Assembly: GCA_965202805.1 (NCBI GenBank)
Contig: OZ241869.1
Coordinates: 3,168,001-3,232,000, forward strand
Direction of reading: 5' to 3'
From: Longimicrobiales bacterium
GTDB taxonomy: Bacteria > Gemmatimonadota > Gemmatimonadetes > Longimicrobiales > Gaopeijiaceae
DNA: 64,000 nt
The position numbers and the translations under genes were made by a program. Numbering within the stretch: the first letter of the stretch is position 1; each line of letters opens with the position of its first letter. Below the pieces are notes generated by a model. The model was given only the letters and a program-made list of their open reading frames with translations. It made no database searches and was not told the origin of the DNA. Of the stretch, positions 61,678-64,000 are shown piece by piece.

Positions 61678-62985
61678 CTACCGCTCCACCTGGTTGCCGG
61701 CGATCCAGACCGACTCTATGGCACGCATGTTCATGATGTCGGTGAGGGGGTCCTCCGCGACGACGATGAAGTCGGCCCACTTCCCGGGCTCAAGGGTGCC
61801 CACGTCGTCGAGCTCCAGGCAGGCGGCGGCGTCGCGGGTGGCGGTGGCCAGGATCTGGGCGGGAGTGAGTCCGGCGTTGGCCATGATCTCCATCTCCATG
61901 TGCTCGAAGAAGCCCTGGAAGCGCCCGACGGGACCGGTGTCGGTTCCGAAGGACAGCGTAACCCCCGCGTCCGCGGCCGCCTTCAGGTTGTCCAGCGCGA
62001 CCTCCAGCCCCTCCTCGTAGAGCGCCGCCGACCGGCTCTCGAGAACCGAGCGGCGGCGGTCCTCCTGATCCAGCCCGGCCACTTCCTCGGTGTTGGCGTG
62101 GCGCGTGAAGAAGTCGTCGAAGAAGAAATCGGGCTGCTCGCGGTAGATGAAGGTGGACACCTCGCGGGTGAGGGTGGGGCAGTAGCAGACGCCGGCCTCG
62201 GCGATGAGGTCGATGAATTCCTGGTCGATCGCCACGTCGCGCACGCTGTGGGCGAGGAAGTCCGCGCCCGAGCGCAACAGGTCCTTGGCGTCGTCCAGAT
62301 AGAAGAGGTGGGCCGCCAGGCCGACGCCCATCTCGTGGGCCGCATCGATGGCCGCGCGGTACGCCTCCGGAGGCATCTTGGTGGTGGTGCCCAGATTGTC
62401 GTCCACCCGCAGCTTGAGCCAGTTCGGGTCGAGGCGCGCGTTGTCGGCGACCTCGGCGCGCACTTCCTCGGCGGTGGATCCGGTGAGGACCGGCCCCGCC
62501 ATGAGCAGACGCGCGTGCGTGAGACCGGAGTCGTCGTTGTGGGCGTCGCGCACGCGCATGCTGGGCTCCGTGCCCCCGCCCAGGCTGTTCACGGTGGTGA
62601 CGCCGTAGGCCGCGTACAGTCCCAGCTCATTGCGGATGGCCTGGTCGGCGGCTTCTCCCTCCAGCCCGCCGGCCGTGCGGCCCACGTGGCCGTGCGTGTT
62701 GATAAGTCCGGGAACAACGTGCCGGCCGCTCAGGTCGACCTGTTCGACGCCTTCCGGGATCTCCACGCCGCCGGCCGGACCCACCGCCACGATGCGCCCG
62801 TCCCGCACCACCATCGCCGCGTTCTCGACCGGGTCGCCTCCGAGCCCGGTGATGAGACGCATGCCGGTGAAGGCGACCAGACGCTCGGGGGCCGGAGCGT
62901 CGGCCGTGGCGCAGCCGGCCGGGGCAAGGACGAGCAGCAGAGCGGCGATGCCGTGGTTCGAGCGATGCCGGGGATGATCGTACAT
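61678..62985 (-). CDS. Amidohydrolase family lipoprotein
   Basis: PAGC lipobox-like, PGLINTHGH, FGTD, GTLEPGKWADF. Confidence 0.85.
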   Translation of the reverse strand: MYDHPRHRSNHGIAALLLVLAPAGCATADAPAPERLVAFTGMRLITGLGGDPVENAAMVVRDGRIVAVGPAGGVEIPEGVEQVDLSGRHVVPGLINTHGHVGRTAGGLEGEAADQAIRNELGLYAAYGVTTVNSLGGGTEPSMRVRDAHNDDSGLTHARLLMAGPVLTGSTAEEVRAEVADNARLDPNWLKLRVDDNLGTTTKMPPEAYRAAIDAAHEMGVGLAAHLFYLDDAKDLLRSGADFLAHSVRDVAIDQEFIDLIAEAGVCYCPTLTREVSTFIYREQPDFFFDDFFTRHANTEEVAGLDQEDRRRSVLESRSAALYEEGLEVALDNLKAAADAGVTLSFGTDTGPVGRFQGFFEHMEMEIMANAGLTPAQILATATRDAAACLELDDVGTLEPGKWADFIVVAEDPLTDIMNMRAIESVWIAGNQVER

Positions 62986-63189
62986 GCGAGACCGTCCTTG
63001 TACGGGGCGAAACTTCGAGCGGGGGTTGCGCGGCCAGCCTGAACGCGGTGACCCCCACCTCATCCAAGAGATTGGCCCGCCACACCCCGGTCAAGGATGC
63101 CCGCGCCGGACCCTGCCCGTCCCGGACTGCCATCCGGGCAGGAGCGGCTGGACGATGTCCCGATCGATCGGCGATGCGGGCGCGCCGGG

Positions 63190-64000
63190 TCAGGGATTCC
63201 CGCCGCCCGCGGCCATAAGGGGATCGGCCAGGCCGATGACGTGCACGGCGATCAGCCCCAGCACGCCGATGACGGTCAGGTAGTAGATGGTGGGCAGGAT
63301 GGTCTTGCGCAGCGTGACCCCCTCCTGACCGAGCAGGCCGACCGTGGCGGATGCGGCCACCACGTTGTGGATCGCGACCATGTTGCCCGCAGCCGCCCCC
63401 ACCGCCTGCAGCGCCACGATCATCGCGCTCGACACCGCCAGCCTCTCCGCCACGCCGTGCTGGAAGAGCGAGAACATGAGGTTGCTGACCGTGTTCGAGC
63501 CCGCGATGAAGGCCCCCAGCGCCCCGGTGACGCCGGCGAACAGCGGCCACACCTGACCCACGTTGTCCGCAACCCAGGCGGCCATGGCGATGGGCATGCT
63601 GACCAGATCGGCCGCGTTCACGCCCGACTGGATGTAGATGCGCACCATCGGCACGGTGAAGATGAGCACGAAACCGGCCCCCAGGAGCACCCGCGACGAC
63701 TTGGTGAACGCCCGCTGCAACTCGGGGAACTTCATGCGGTGCAGGAAGAAGGTCACGGCGACCACCGCGATCAGGATGGTTCCGGGGAGGTAGAGAGGGG
63801 TGGTGGTGGCGGTGATGTCGGTACCGAAAACGTTCGCCCAGGTGAGGGCGGGGGCGCGCAGCCAGTCCTGCACCGGCAGCCCCGACAGCCGGCTGAGCAC
63901 CAGGAGCACCGCCAGCAGCGCGTACGGAGCCCAGGCCATCCCCACGGAGACCCGATCGTCGTCATCGTCCAGGTCCTGTCGGGCTTCCAGTCCGCTGGCC
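63190..64000 (-). CDS. L-lactate permease, 5' part outside window
   Basis: GAFIAGSNTVSNLMF, QAVGAAAGNM, NVVAASATVG. Confidence 0.85.
   Translation of the reverse strand, partial: ASGLEARQDLDDDDDRVSVGMAWAPYALLAVLLVLSRLSGLPVQDWLRAPALTWANVFGTDITATTTPLYLPGTILIAVVAVTFFLHRMKFPELQRAFTKSSRVLLGAGFVLIFTVPMVRIYIQSGVNAADLVSMPIAMAAWVADNVGQVWPLFAGVTGALGAFIAGSNTVSNLMFSLFQHGVAERLAVSSAMIVALQAVGAAAGNMVAIHNVVAASATVGLLGQEGVTLRKTILPTIYYLTVIGVLGLIAVHVIGLADPLMAAGGGNP

Overview
High-GC bacterial chromosome segment (roughly 70% GC by eye). The gene content suggests Gemmatimonadota, but that is an inference. Left part (1-28.6 kb) is core genome: lipid A acyltransferase, GT2 and DUF3108-like genes, a VapBC pair, a MoxR/DUF58 cluster with an RDD-SpoIIM fusion, hydantoinase B, fatty-acid degradation genes, rpsU, ssb, recF-dciA-PHP-gyrB and a TipA-like MerR regulator. 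Centre (about 28.6-47.5 kb) is a ~18.9 kb tyrosine-integrase element. It is bounded by an 18/19-nt direct repeat lying inside the MerR-type promoter/operator rather than in a tRNA. Its cargo is almost all anti-phage/restriction-like: a ParB + PD-(D/E)xK-like + Dam-class MTase trio, a ParB-HEPN-like protein, a Type IIG-like MTase coupled to a PLD-SNF2 helicase, a solo PIN protein, and decayed GmrSD-AlbA, Mod, AlpA and IS3 remnants. Right part (47.6-64 kb) holds a HEPN/MNT TA pair, an SSS transporter, an S9 peptidase, an SDR, a cobalamin-riboswitch-controlled btuB operon, a Fic gene with a phased upstream repeat array, a GNAT, an amidohydrolase and a lactate permease. No CRISPR array, rRNA or tRNA was seen. 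All family calls come from motif recognition by eye; no searches were run.
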